A stretch of DNA of 64,000 nucleotides, taken from assembly GCA_030324005.1 (NCBI GenBank), contig JARDVH010000042.1:51389522-51453521 (forward strand), written 5' to 3'. Shown here piece after piece: positions 1-12,448 of the stretch (position 1 is the stretch's first letter; each line of letters opens with the position of its first letter). The notes beneath the pieces were generated by a model that ran no database searches, was not told the DNA's origin, and saw only the letters and a list, made by a program, of their open reading frames with translations. The DNA is from Negaprion brevirostris. Its lineage: Eukaryota. The translations under genes were made by a program, and so were the position numbers.

Positions 1-176
1 CGGGTTAGGTGGATTCACCATGGTAAATGCACAGGGTTACAGGTTACAGGGATAGATGAGGTTGAGTGGGGGGGGGGGGGGGGCGGTGGCGGGGGCGGTG
101 TGGGGTGGTGGTGAGCCTGGGTAGGATGGTCTTGCAGATTTCATGGGCTGAATGGCACCGCAGGGATTCTGTGGTA
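1..176 (+). mobile_element. HE1/V-SINE 3' part with CR1-type tail
   Basis: GGTTAGGTGGATT...GGTAAATGC...GGGCTGAATGGC...GGGATTCT matches the 3' half of other HE1 copies in the window. Confidence 0.75.
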
Positions 177-709
177 TCATCACAACTGACAGGATCATTA
201 AGCAATCTTTTCTGGTGGCATTTGTACACATCACATTACATCATTTGGTTCAATCACTAGTCCTCAGCAGGAAAAAGGATATTGTAAGTGTTATAATGCC
301 CTGTGCCACGCCATAAAACTCTTGAAGTCCAGAGCATAGATTTTTTCAAGAACCAGATTGGAGGACAAAACCAGAGTTTTCAAGGGAGGCTAATCCTAGC
401 CACAGAGCTATAAACGAGCCAGGAACTCACTGAAGGAGACACTGCGGCCAATGCTCCTATCCCCATCCTGCCTACCCAGAAGAAAACACTACAGAAGTAT
501 GGAAATAACTGGTACTGAACTGGAACTGGCGTCCCATTTTAAAGGTATTCAAGATCAGTTCAGACCAGTACCAGTCATTTCCCAAGTTTTGTTGTTTTTT
601 TTGGACGTGCCCTGATATCCAAGATGTGCTGTGTTTGTCAAGGCCTCAAAACACCAAGTCTAGTAGAGCAGACCTTGTAAATGCTTTGGTCACACCCCCT
701 CTCTCTTAC

Positions 710-824
710 CAGTGGGGATGAAATGGCCAGGGAATTGCTGACTGTTTTTGCTGAAAGGAGGAAGCTTCAGACGGTCTGATGCTGACTAGGTGGAAGATTT
801 GTGGCCTGAAGAACAGTAGAAAAA
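710..824 (-). pseudogene. Possible further 3' exon of the decayed gene
   Basis: Acceptor ttgtttctcctag and strong donor CTG/gtaaga; reading frame ambiguous. Confidence 0.3.
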
Positions 825-1004
825 CTAGGAGAAACAATATAAGTGCCTCTCCCATTAATGAATAGAGACTGTGTCTAGACCTACTGGAGTTACTCAACCT
901 GTTCTCAGAGAAATCAAGAAATTTGAAAAAAGAAAAATTGCCAGATGTTAATGACTCATGATTCTGAGCCTCCTATGTTGTCCAGGGCTTTCCCAGAGAA
1001 CTAT

Positions 1005-1203
1005 ACAATTTCCACAGCGCAAAAGCAGGCTATTCAGCTCATTGAGCCTGCACTGACTCTCCAAAACAGAATCTTACCCACCCTCACCCCATCCAGCCCT
1101 ATCCCCACAATACCACACACTTAGCATGGCCAATCCATCTAACCTGCATATCTTTGGACTGCAGGAGGAAACTGGAGCACCCGGAGGAAACCCACACAGT
1201 CAC
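1005..1203 (-). mobile_element. HE1/V-SINE, 5'-truncated
   Basis: Reverse complement of V-domain (ttagcatggccaatccatctaacctgcatatctttggactg...ggaaacccacaca) plus CR1-type tail. Confidence 0.85.
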
Positions 1204-2746
1204 ATTCCCTAGGCAAGATGCAGGTCACCTGCTCCTGCTTTAGTTGCAGGCCCAGTGATTGCACTTAAACAAGACGGTTAGGGGCAGCGTCATTCCAACA
1301 CTTGGTTTACCTAAAGGGCTGTCAGAGAATTTCCTACTTCCAAGTAAAAAAGTGGCCATCAAGTTCACATCAGCTCCTGGTAAAGGAAACCAGTCAGTCC
1401 AATGCACCCATCAATCTCTGCAAGTTTGTGCAATCTGACCATCAAAAGCATGCAGCCAGCCCAAAATCAAGTCTTTGAGGCCTGTATAAGTACACTGCAC
1501 TTCCAGCATCAATGCATAGACGTTAACACCGAAACAGGTCATTCAGGAGAAATGGGTTTGTGCCCCTATTTACTCTCTACATGAATAAATCGTGCTGAAC
1601 ACTTCTGTTCCCACATCATCTTTTTTTCCTTCATTCACTTTCCCAATCTAACCCCAATTTTGACAATTCTGCCTCAACCACTCATCCTGGAAGTGAATTC
1701 CACTCTGTCACAGCACTTGGTGCAAAGACATTTCCCCTCTCTTGTTCCAAAACTCTCCGTGCTTATCTAGCACGTGGGTAGACAGAGGCCAAATACCTTA
1801 ACCGAATCGTGTTTTATGTCTGCTACTCCAATGTTCATGAGGATCAGACCTCATTAATTGTTTTAGTTGTTTTGTTTAAAATCAACAGAACTCAGATATC
1901 ACTGCAAAAGAGCACTTAAAATTCACAAAATGATACCTCCTCCAGACACAGGCAGACAGAGTCACCTCCCCCACCCCACCCCCACTTGAGTGTTCGTTGT
2001 CAGACCCCTTTTGATGAATGTTAGTTCTGTAACCTGGGCTGTATGTGATCTGGAGGAGTGCACCTTCTCCTGTATAAACCAACTGTCCATAATAAATAAC
2101 TGAAACAAATGGTATTCCCACCTGCAAAATTGCACTGCAATCATTACCCTCTTTAGAGCAAACTTTAAACATCTTCCTGTTTATTTTCCAGTGTGCAGTA
2201 CCTTCTAACATCCAGTAACATCCTGGTAAATAACAAAAGGAACTGGAAGTCCTGTATTAAAATTAAATGTTTACTTGATTATAATCAGATTCTTTTCTCA
2301 GTTACATATATTCGTGCATCATTAGAAATTCACTGACTTTATAGTCCAGCAGTGTGTATCTAACATGCCTCAAGATCAGCAATAACCACCTCCACTGCAG
2401 AATTAAAAGAGATTGCGGGCATGAAAACAAGTTAGAGAGCCTCAAAAATCAGTAAGGCCTCAGTTTTGTAGGCCTCAGCAAAACAATGGCCTGCACAAAT
2501 AAGTGAGCAGGATACCGCGTACAGATAAGGGCTCACGTTCTACTCCTTTTCTTTTCCCCAGTGACACGCAAATGGTGGAAAGTGCACGCAACAGCAGGAA
2601 TGAAGGGAGTTGGTGGGGTGAGAGTTGCGGGGGGGGTAGAAAATCAGTTGGTGATAGATTTGATTCCCTATTGCTATTCAGTTCTACTTCATGAAAGATT
2701 ATGCTAAGGAATCAAGTCCTCATCACAAACAAATCTGGAGACCTGT

Positions 2747-3475
2747 TTCTGAAGTAAGATCATCAATCGGAAATGTTAACTCTCATTTCTCTCTCCATAG
2801 ATTCACAGTGGTTAGTGGTAATGTCACTGGATTTGTAAACCAGATTAATGTCCTGGGGACTCGGGCAACTGGTGGAATTTAAGTGAGTTAAAGTTGATTT
2901 ATTAGTCACAAGTACGGTTTACATTCACACTGCAATGAAGTTACTGTGAAAATCCCCTAGTCGCCACACTCCAGCGCCTGTTCGGGTCAATGCACTTAAC
3001 CAGCACGTCTTTCGTACTGTGGGAGGAAACCAGAGCACCCTGAGGAAACCCACACAGACACAGGAAGAGCATGCAGACTCCACACCAACAGTGACCCAAG
3101 CCAGGAATTGAACCCAGATCCCTGGCGTTGTAAGGCAGTAGTGCTAACCACTGTGCCTAGTTTCAGTAAGTGTGATCATGAAACCATTGTTGATTGCTGC
3201 AAAAACCATCCGTTTCACTGTGTCTTTTAGGGAAGGAAAACTGCCATACTCATTCATTCCGGCCTACACGTGACTCCAGATCCACCGCATCATGGTTGGC
3301 TCTTAACTGTCTACAAGCCATTTAGTTCAAGGGTAATTAGGGATGGGCAAGACAGACTGGCTTTGCCAGCGACACCCATATCCCGTGAAAGAATTGAGAA
3401 AAGGATTCTGTCAGGCCTGTTGAGCGTTTCTCTTTTTATTTCAGATTTCTGGCCTCTGCACTGTATTGATTTTGC
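2747..3475 (+). mobile_element. Nested stack: Penelope-type terminus > tRNA-derived SINE (family B) > V-SINE
   Basis: Penelope-type end split at about 2800/3405; family-B SINE split at about 2885/3160; minus-strand V-SINE in the middle. Confidence 0.65.
2890..3157 (-). mobile_element. V-SINE with alternative (GGATTTTCACAGTAACTTCATTGCAGTG) tail
   Basis: tRNA-like head (gtgctaaccactgtgcc on +), V-domain and tail, all in reverse orientation. Confidence 0.9.
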
Positions 3476-3596
3476 TTTGGAAAACTTGGTAAACGTTCAT
3501 TGATTAGTCTGAACAGTAAAGGTGAGTGTCGCCCTCATTTTCTTCTTTAAAAAAAGAACTCTTCAGTGTGGAAGAACTGGGTCATCTTTAAATTAC

Positions 3597-3715
3597 AAGT
3601 TTATTCTTGCTGAGCTGCTTTCTCCAAAGTCCGCAAGATAAGTTTCCATTACAAACCCTGCAAGGAACTTTGCCAACTGTCCAACTGTTGAGGTACTTTG
3701 CCAATAAATGTTCTC
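3597..3715 (-). pseudogene. Exon remnant with DFG motif (ENIY...YLADFGES)
   Basis: Acceptor caccttatcag before 3715 (alternative tccttgcag before 3657); YLADFG encoded at 3640-3623; 3' boundary uncertain. Confidence 0.55.
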
Positions 3716-3861
3716 CTGATAAGGTGAACCCCTCACTACTTTTTCCTTCCTTCTGATCCCATATTAGCATTCCCCTTACCTGCTTTGTCACCACCCCATC
3801 CCATTTCTTCCACTCCCTTCTTAATCATCTCTGTTATCCACTCCCATTTTGCAATGAGTGT

Positions 3862-4132
3862 GGGCAGCATGTGGTTAGCACAGCAGCCTCACAGTGGCAG
3901 GGACCTGGGTTCAATTCCCAGCTTGAGTCACTGTCTGTGACTGCACGGGTTTCCTCCAGGTGCTCCAGTTTCCTTCCATAGTCCAAAAGACATGCTGGTA
4001 AGATGCACTGGCCATGTTAAATTCTCCCTCAATGTACCCCAAACAGGTGCCAGATTGTGGCAACTAGGGGGATTTTCACAACAACTTCATTGCAGTGTCA
4101 CTGTAAGCCTACTTGTCTTAAACTTAAACTTT
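3862..4132 (+). mobile_element. V-SINE, alternative tail
   Basis: GGGCAGCATGTGGTTAGCAC...GGTTCAATTCC (A/B-box head), V-domain, ACTAGGGGGATTTTCACA tail. Confidence 0.9.
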
Positions 4133-5503
4133 GTCCCTCTTCCCTTTTAACANNNNNNNNNNNNNNNNNNNNNNNNNNNNNNNNNNNNNNNNNNNNNNNN
4201 NNNNNNNNNNNNNNNNNNNNNNNNNNNNNNNNNNNNNNNNNNNNNNNNNNNNNNNNNNNNNNNNNNNNNNNNNNNNNNNNNNNNNNNNNNNNNNNNNNNN
4301 NNNNNNNNNNNNNNNNNNNNNNNNNNNNNNNNNNNNNNNNNNNNNNNNNNNNNNNNNNNNNNNNNNNNNNNNNNNNNNNNNNNNNNNNNNNNNNNNNNNN
4401 NNNNNNNNNNNNNNNNNNNNNNNNNNNNNNNNNNNNNNNNNNNNNNNNNNNNNNNNNNNNNNNNNNNNNNNNNNNNNNNNNNNNNNNNNNNNNNNNNNNN
4501 NNNNNNNNNNNNNNNNNNNNNNNNNNNNNNNNNNNNNNNNNNNNNNNNNNNNNNNNNNNNNNNNNNNNNNNNNNNNNNNNNNNNNNNNNNNNNNNNNNNN
4601 NNNNNNNNNNNNNNNNNNNNNNNNNNNNNNNNNNNNNNNNNNNNNNNNNNNNNNNNNNNNNNNNNNNNNNNNNNNNNNNNNNNNNNNNNNATATCATCTT
4701 ATATCAAGAAGTTGAAATTTTCACATATGCTGTGCCCAAATTCGTTACACCATAGTAGTGTGTTTTTTTTTACAGAAAATTACCCAACTGTTCTGATGAG
4801 GTAACTATTGGCATTCAAATTGGTCACAGTATTTAGCAAAAGAGAAGTTCTGGTTTGTAATTTGGCCTGCTTTCCAGTTGTTTTACAGTAACAATTTATC
4901 AGTTATGTTATTGCAAATTTAAATACATTCACAACCCTGGATAAAATCTGAAGTTTCATTCTGGTCACCTTCTATCCAAATCACATGAGGTGAAATCACT
5001 CATCTTCCTTACTCAGTCCTGACAAGTGCTGCTCAAATGTTATTTGTATTGATATATTTGTTCATGTGCCAACCACAGAAACGTCATTCATCTTTCTCAT
5101 CAAAATAGGGAGTAAATGAAAGCACAATGACTCAGAATGTCTCCCTAGTCTTCTTAGTTATTTGCCTGACAGAACAGAAAGACAAATGAAGATAAATTAA
5201 GACTGCATTTTTTTTGGTCGAAAAGGTTGAGCTATTAAACAGTTTAAGTATTATTACGCCCGTGTCAAAACTGATGAAGTGTGCATAATTGTGACAAAGC
5301 AGAGTGAATCATATTACCATTTTTCGTGCAATTTTCCCATTCACTACTCGAGATCCTTGCCATCAATTTGCCATGGTGATGTAAAGGAGTTCAGAGTTAC
5401 TGGGGATGTTTGTCATTTTAAGTAGTAAAGGCACGCAAAGCCAACATCGGACTCTAACTTATTAAAAATAATCGATATTTTAATACCGTCATGTAAAGTC
5501 TAC

Positions 5504-5708
5504 CTCTAAACAATCCAGCTGTGTAATGCTATTAAGTGCAGCACTCTGTTCATGTCTGTGGAGCATTTTTGCACCTAATGTTAAACTGGAGACTCTTTCT
5601 GTCCTTAATGCTGCCATTGCTGAGTGACTATGGTAAAAAAGATAACGGCATTGTGCACAGCACTCTGCTACTAAACTCAGTGTTAAACCCATCTGCTTTA
5701 CTGGATAC
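5504..5708 (-). pseudogene. Candidate exon (YPVKQMG...GAKMLHRHE...ITQLDCLE)
   Basis: Acceptor tctttctgcag, donor GAG/gtagac; 205 nt, open frame; phases fit both neighbouring candidate exons. Confidence 0.45.
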
Positions 5709-6731
5709 CTGCAGAAAGATTCTTGTAACGCTCAAAGGGTTTAAGTAGGCTTATCTGTCATCCCAAGCTTTTGTATGTGTACTAGAGAACGAAACCGCTT
5801 TCCATTGTCATAATGTACACAAGCAAAGGTGCAATAGGATTGAATTCCCATTCTCACTAACCTCTTGTCTAATATACTTATGGTTGCCCTCTCCTCTAAT
5901 ATCCATCGCCCCCTCATGGTTTCACTCAAATGTTCTAATTCAGCCATGGTTTAGACAAAGAATGTAATATATTATTTGGCAATCTGTAATAAAGATATAT
6001 TTAAGGAGCAACAAGACAGGATCAATAATACATTTGGGTATCCAGGGAAAAAGGTATAAAGCAAGAGACATTGCTGGTAGGTGGAGGAGAGAAACTTGTA
6101 CAGGTAGATTACACTTTTATATGTGCAGTCTCCTCAATGAATTATTGATCTGCAAATGATAACCCACCCCAAAGAAAATAGAGAGGAAAAGGTTCAGGGG
6201 ACAGGATTCCACATTCCAGCACCAGTTTCCTCTACACAAAAAAATCAGGCCTGTCTTTGGTCAACCAGGCCTTTACACCATATTTCCTCATCTCAACCTT
6301 GGCTATTCCCCATGACTGGTTTTATAACTCCCTTTCACCTCATTCCCAGACTTCAACTAACCTTTCAGGGAGTTTTATTATTCACACTGGCTTGTTAATG
6401 AGCTGTTCACAATGGCTAGAGTCTAAATGGTCTCATTTCTTATCAGACTATTGGACCATAGAGTGTTCAGTAAAGTAACTTCTGTTTTCACACAATAATT
6501 AACATATGCATTGCAGCAAGCATCTTACTAAAGCAAGGTTAAATGAAAAGCCTAGCACAGATTTGAAACATGGTTATTTGCTTTAAGTGTATGTCCATTG
6601 CTCTCCTACTACAGCAGAGAGTCTGTCCATTTGTGACCCCTTTCAGCATTGATGGATAGTCAACGTCACCAAAGAATAATAATTCCACTGGTTTGTTTCT
6701 TGAAAAATTGATCTTTAAGCTATTCTTTTAC

Positions 6732-7421
6732 CTATATCAGGCTGACTGCTAACTAGATGTTTATTCTAAGCATATGTCTAACATTTCTTGAACATGCTTT
6801 ATGTCAACCTCTGTTATTCACAAACTGAAATAAATCCAAAACTTGATGGCCTGGAATCCTTTTTACTGCCAAATTCTACATTCTTATTATCGCCAAACCC
6901 CATTGCTTCTCTGATCCAGCAAACCCAACACGATTTTTATCCTTAGTCTGTAATTCTTTCCTTAGCCTTGCCTCCCTGAAGAAATCTTCTGTGGTTATAC
7001 TTTGCTGCATCTGTCCTTTCTCCTTCTGCTTCTCAATTGCCCACAGACAGTTTGCATTCATCCACATTGAGTTGCATGGTCAATCAGGTGAGATGATTTC
7101 ATTGCCTTTGGGGTTAGAACAGAATTTTGAAGTTTTCTTCATTCCATTTCTCCTTGTGTTTGTTAACCTTCCTCAGTAAATGAAAGAAACTAAGAAAAGT
7201 CCATGAGAGCATAAATCAGACTTGCTTCCAAAGAAGAATAGCAAGTGGACTAAATGGCATTTTCCCTTTTTGGATTTCCTGATGCGCCGTGCAGTTACAA
7301 TGATTTATTCAGCACAGGACAGATTAACTCAAAATGATGTGAGATTCAATGCAGACTATAGGTCTCGGTGCAGTAGAATTTGCTTCAGCATATCAAATCT
7401 ACTTTATGCTTTGATGAAAAT
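6732..7421 (-). pseudogene. Exon remnant with LAVKR kinase-like motif
   Basis: Frames give KMPFSPLAILLWKQV, FFREARLRKELQTKDKNRVGFAGSE, GFGDNKNVE/LAVKRIPGHQVLDLF (LAVKR at 6872-6858); donor TAG/gtaaaa; 5' boundary weak. Confidence 0.55.
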
Positions 7422-7854
7422 CTAGATCATATTCCATTTTGATCAAAATGATCCCAAATAAATTACACAACTGTGCCACCACTGACCCCAGGTTTTACAA
7501 TGCAGATTACCCCAAGTCTGCAGCTATTTAAAAGGCCCACCTATTCAAGTAGGAGATTCACATCAAATTCGAATGAGCGGCTGATGCCAATCTCCTGTGG
7601 ATTTTAATGGAAAAGTAAAAATTGGGATGCAAGTCCACACATGATGACTTTGATTTTGATTTTCAGTTTGAATTCACTGGAGAATTGCTTCAGCTTTTTA
7701 CAGTAGTCCCATGTGAGTTTTCCCATCTCAGTTTCAAACAAACTGGGGAGGGAGTGGTTTTGAGATAGGAACTTCTGTAAGAGGTTTGCTCGGAACTTCA
7801 GCCTTCAGGCAGGAATTTGCTGAAGTGCAGTACAATCTCCTCCATAAGTAACAA

Positions 7855-8045
7855 CTGATGTTTATGTAGAACCTTTAATGTACTAAGATACTTCTTAATG
7901 TGTCAAGATATTTCAAAGGAGTATTCTAAGGCAAAATTAAATACTGTGCCACATAAGGAGATATCAGATCAAAGAGGAGGGTTTTGAGAGGCATCTTAAA
8001 GCAAAAAGATAGAGAAAGAGTTGGAGGGGGTTGGGGTGGGAATCA
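7855..8045 (-). mobile_element. L2 LINE 3' fragment, decayed
   Basis: tttatgtagaacctttaatgta...gccacataaggagatatcag...ggcatcttaaag resembles a recalled shark L2 3' end. Confidence 0.55.
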
Positions 8046-10099
8046 TACATGGGGTAATTACACTTGAAAGTGTTTATTTCTCAACGTCAGATTAGAAGGG
8101 AAAAAACCTATCCAATGAATGGCCCATGTATGATCTTCTATGGAAGGCACAGGAGGTTTCCAGTTATTTCAATGAGGGTTTTTTGATTATTCATGTAGTT
8201 CCCACATCAAAGAAGCTAACAGCACCTTTGTAAGTAAGGGAGTTTCTCAGTGAAACTCAGGAGTCTGGAGAGAGGGCCATGAACACCAGAGATACAAATT
8301 ATTCATGGGCACAAAGGGATTGTTTTGAAGATAATAGATCGTTAATTTACGTTTCCGTTTGGGACATCTCAAGTCAGCCACATTGCACGGGGATGGGTTG
8401 TGGGGTGAGGAGGTTACTTTTATTTTCCCAGTGTATTATTTTGCTCACAAGCAGAAAATGGCAGTTGCAACTGATTTTGGTACAGGCTGCAGATCACTGC
8501 ATCGAGGGTGAAAAAGGAGATAAACGTTATTCCAGGTCTGCATCTTAAGCAGAAAAAAATGAAATGCATGTGGGAACATTTGCCTAATTTGGAGACAATT
8601 CGTGAAGGTAAAAGAATTGTTTAACTTGGAGCTAGAGGAATAAATCCACAGGAATCTTCAGTGAAAACAAGCAGTCAGCTGGAAGAAGGCAAAGAGACAA
8701 AGTCTACAGGAGCTCTAAAACTGCTGTGGACCAGGAGAATAGAGCTATTAGAAAATCAGGGATATTTTCTAATTTTCTATTTAAGCCAATGCTCATGAAT
8801 TATAAGTGGAGCTCAGTCTCAAGCAGAAAAGTCTCAGACCTTATAAGGCAGAATTGGAAAAGTTTGAAGTTGGTCTCAACAAAACAGATAGTTTTCAAGA
8901 ACCGGATAAATAGCTAAAGACCTCTAGAGCAACTCATTAAAAAGGGAAGTTTGAATTGAGCATACAATGTAATGCATCTGTGGCTGAGTTTTCTTGCACT
9001 TCTTGACTTAAAAAATAAATTACCTAAGACAAAGAAAGATTAGTAGTTCATGCTTTTTTTAAATGCAGTAATTTTTTATGTAATGTGAAATTTTGTGGCG
9101 TTATTTCTTTCAGTTGATTATTCGGCATTCAAATCTAAATGTTCTTACAGGGACCATTACAGAAGCTGGCAGTAATTTTGGAATGATTTCTATAAAGACT
9201 ACAAATCNNNNNNNNNNNNNNNNNNNNNNNNNNNNNNNNNNNNNNNNNNNNNNNNCGTTAGGAAGTTAAGCCGGCGGGGGGGGGGTACATCTTTTCTCTA
9301 GTTTAGTGTATAAGTTGCGTACTAAGTAATATTTAGTCAATGGAGTTTAGAAGCGAGGCAACCTCATTTCAAAACAGCAAAATTTGGAAGCAGCTTGATA
9401 GGATGGATGCTGAGAGATTTGGGCATAACTTCTGAGATCAAGAGCAGTGTAATGGAGTATCACAAAGATGTGCTGTGGTACCCCTCTTCCTGGAAGTTCC
9501 CAAGTAAGGTTTGCACAGACAGTGCCTGGGAAATGCAAACTTCTGATGGGCAACTGCTCAGCACTTGGAGCCACCCAAAAGCGCAGAAAAAATTGCCAAC
9601 TTTGGATGGTTCTAATTCTATTAGGGCAATAGTGGTCCAAAAAAAGTTACAGGAATTAAAACCACTTGTAGCCTCTGGGTAACAATTGAACAGAGTAACG
9701 CCAACTCTCCTTGAGGCTCCACACTCCCCCAGCCAAAACCTAGGGGACTCCCCCCAACCATCACTGCAGGACTACCAACAGGACTCACTGAATGCCCAAA
9801 AAGCTCCCCCAGGGACTCAACACCTCCCCACCAAAACACTAGTTTCCCCACTTCTCCACACTAGTAACTGCCCAGCTGTCCCACTGTCAGCCAGTTCCCC
9901 TATGCCCAGCTGTAAGCACCCTCCACCCTGGCTGCCTGAGCCCCTCTTTGACTATCCAAGTTCTCCTAATAACTGACTGAATTCCACCCACAGCCCCCCC
10001 CCCACCAATTCTCCAATTGTTTGAACTACCACCTCACCCAGTGATTTCCCAACTGATTGTCACTCCAACAGTTCAGCCTATTATTTAAAATGTGGAGAC

Positions 10100-10272
10100 G
10101 TAGCCTCACAATGAGGAATCAATTATTTAGGACTGAGGTGAGGAAAAATTGCTTCACTCAAAAGGTTATAAATCTTTGGAACTCTCTACCCTAGAGGGTT
10201 GTGGATGTACCATTGTTTAATATATTTAAGGCTGGGATAGACAAGAGTTTGTCTCTCAGGGAATTAAGGATT
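10100..10272 (+). mobile_element. CR1 LINE 3' ORF2 fragment
   Basis: Encodes FRTEVRKNCFTQKVINLWNSLP-like sequence. Confidence 0.8.
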
Positions 10273-10669
10273 GTTTAACACAATTCAAGCCAGGTGCTGA
10301 AGTTCGAACTAAGACAGAGTATTTAGTTCCTTACTGAGTTTATTGGTCAACGAAAATGCTCCTCACATGACACCCAGTGTCCTAGCTATCTCCTGTTTAC
10401 ATATGTGGTCAAAAGATCACCATCGGTTTCCCTTAACAATGTAAGTGGTGTCAACAAACCTTAATGTAATAGATAAGACAGTGAGAATGGGGGACAGATT
10501 TTTGTTTGTTATAGTGAAGGTATTGACATGTGAAATTTTGTGAGATCATTTGAGTTGGTCACTGGGAATTTAAGTCTCGGTTTCCACAGAGACCATAAAG
10601 GACACAGGCAGGATTTTGAATGGCATTATGTTTATGCAGAATAGACTGTAGAAAGCCCACCATATAAGT

Positions 10670-10845
10670 GTTGAAATGATCTAAAGGTAACAAAGTCAGG
10701 AAAGAGACTTTCAGCGGTAGATGAGCGACTGAAGTTATAGAGGTGACGACAGATGGTCTAGTGATGGCACAGATGCGTGTTCAGAAGCTCATCTTGGAGT
10801 CAAATATTGTACCAACGTTGCAAACAGTCTGACTCATCTTTAGGT
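10670..10845 (-). mobile_element. L2 LINE ORF2 fragment, decayed
   Basis: Minus frame QTVCNVGTIFDSKMSF resembles L2 VRNLGVxFDxxLSF. Confidence 0.6.
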
Positions 10846-11079
10846 ATTTGAGCGCAGTGAAGAATTGATAGTAACAAAGAGGAGCTGAAAGAGAGAACGT
10901 AAAGGAGAAAGATGGGTAATGGTAATGCAGGGAATAGAGAAAGTAAACCAGTCCAGCATCTAAGGCTAAGCTCAGAGAAAACCTTTGGGCTAACATAAAA
11001 TGAGATAGCTTGGCAGGGATTCAGTTCCACTCGATTTTCTAAAAATTGTCATCTGATGTCCTCTGGGGTCCTGTAGCTC

Positions 11080-11300
11080 ATAAGAACATAAGAACATAGG
11101 AGCAGGAGTAGGCCATCTAGCCCNNNNNNNNNNNNNNNNNNNNNNNNNNNNNNNNNNNNNNNNNNNNNNNNNNNNNNNNNNNNNNNNNNNNNNNNNNNNN
11201 NNNNNNNNNNNNNNNNNNNNNNNACTCGGTTCCCTCCTCCAGATCATCTATATAAATGGTAAATAGCTGAGGCCCCAGCACCGACCCCTGGTGCACTCCA
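11080..11300 (-). mobile_element. CR1 LINE (3' tail plus RT piece) spanning an N gap
   Basis: (cataagaa)n tail, ggagcaggagtaggccat hairpin; GVHQGSVLGPQLFTIYIDDL on the minus strand after the gap. Confidence 0.85.
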
Positions 11301-12099
11301 GCATCGGCATTGATAATCCAAGTAAACTGTTTTTACATCAACATTAATTTCTAAATAGCATCAAGCCCTTGTTAATATTTTCTGCAATAAAATTAAATAT
11401 TAAAATTGTGTGTAGATTTATAACTGCAGTGAAAGGGTTAAGATCCATTGAGGACCTAGCATGGAGTTATAATGCACAGTGGAAAACATATTTCTGAAGT
11501 GAGTAGGCAATCTAGGTACATGTAAGAACAGAGGCTCCAGTTTGCAAATGAGAAATCATCTAACCTTTTGAGCCTCCACACCCATTATGCCATCAGAGCT
11601 GGTCTCTGCAAGACTGCAGAACACACAATCTGGCAGTGTTCGTAACACTTGTCTGTGCACGTCCAATCCATGCTGGAATTGTTCTAGGTTTCTGAGAATC
11701 TATTATTCAATTTTCTGCTTAAATGGACAGTGTCACCTCACTGGTGAGCCTTATTACACCCTGCGCCACTACCAGACCACCATACTGCCATTGATTTAGA
11801 GCTCTCTCAGCATAAGTTACTGTGAAGCACTTTTCAGGTTTCTTTAAATCATTGGAATTGAAGCAAAGTAAAAGTAAAAAATATTCAGTGGGCAACCTGT
11901 GGGCAATGTGACAAAAGCGTCACATTGCTACTTGGTTTGCTGCTGGGATTTCGAATTTGCAATTCCGCTCGTGAACATGGAATTTGTTTCTACTGCATAG
12001 CTTTACTGCAGCTCCAGACATTTCACAGGGTTATGCTAATACCCACTTTCTAAAAAAAACAGCACACACCAGCAAGATTCCTGCATTTATTACAGATCT

Positions 12100-12448
12100 A
12101 CAGTGGCATAGTGGTTAGCACTGTTGCCTCACAGTGCCAGAGATCTGGGTTAGATTCTGGCTTTGGGTGACTCCGTGTGGAGTTTGCACATTCGCCCCAT
12201 GTCTGTGTTTGGTTTCTTCCAGTTGCTCCGGTTTCTTCCCGTAGTCCAAAGATGTGCAGATTAGGCGGATTGGCAATGCTAAGTTACCCCTTAGTGTCCA
12301 AAGATGTTAAATTAGAGGGGGTTGAGCCAATGGTAAATGCATGGGGTTACAGGGATAGGATGGAGGGCTGTAATGCTCTTTCAGAATCAGTGCACACTCA
12401 CTGGGCCTGATGACTCCTTTCTGCACTGTAGGGACTCTATGGCTCTAT
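12100..12448 (+). mobile_element. HE1 SINE, near full length, CR1-type tail
   Basis: tRNA-like head, V-domain, CTGCACTGTAGGGACTCTATGGCTCTAT tail. Confidence 0.9.

Noticed and set aside
1962-2144. MDSWFI resembling the PTPRA N-terminus
   Set aside because: Only six residues match and no signal peptide follows; the segment (acceptor before 2121) may be an exon but is too weak to call
3862-3920. tRNA genes at SINE heads
   Set aside because: A/B-box-like heads continue into V-domains and lack a full cloverleaf
4057-4755. Long ORFs in the ORF track (also 62093-62616 and other X-containing ORFs)
   Set aside because: Artefacts of translating through N gaps
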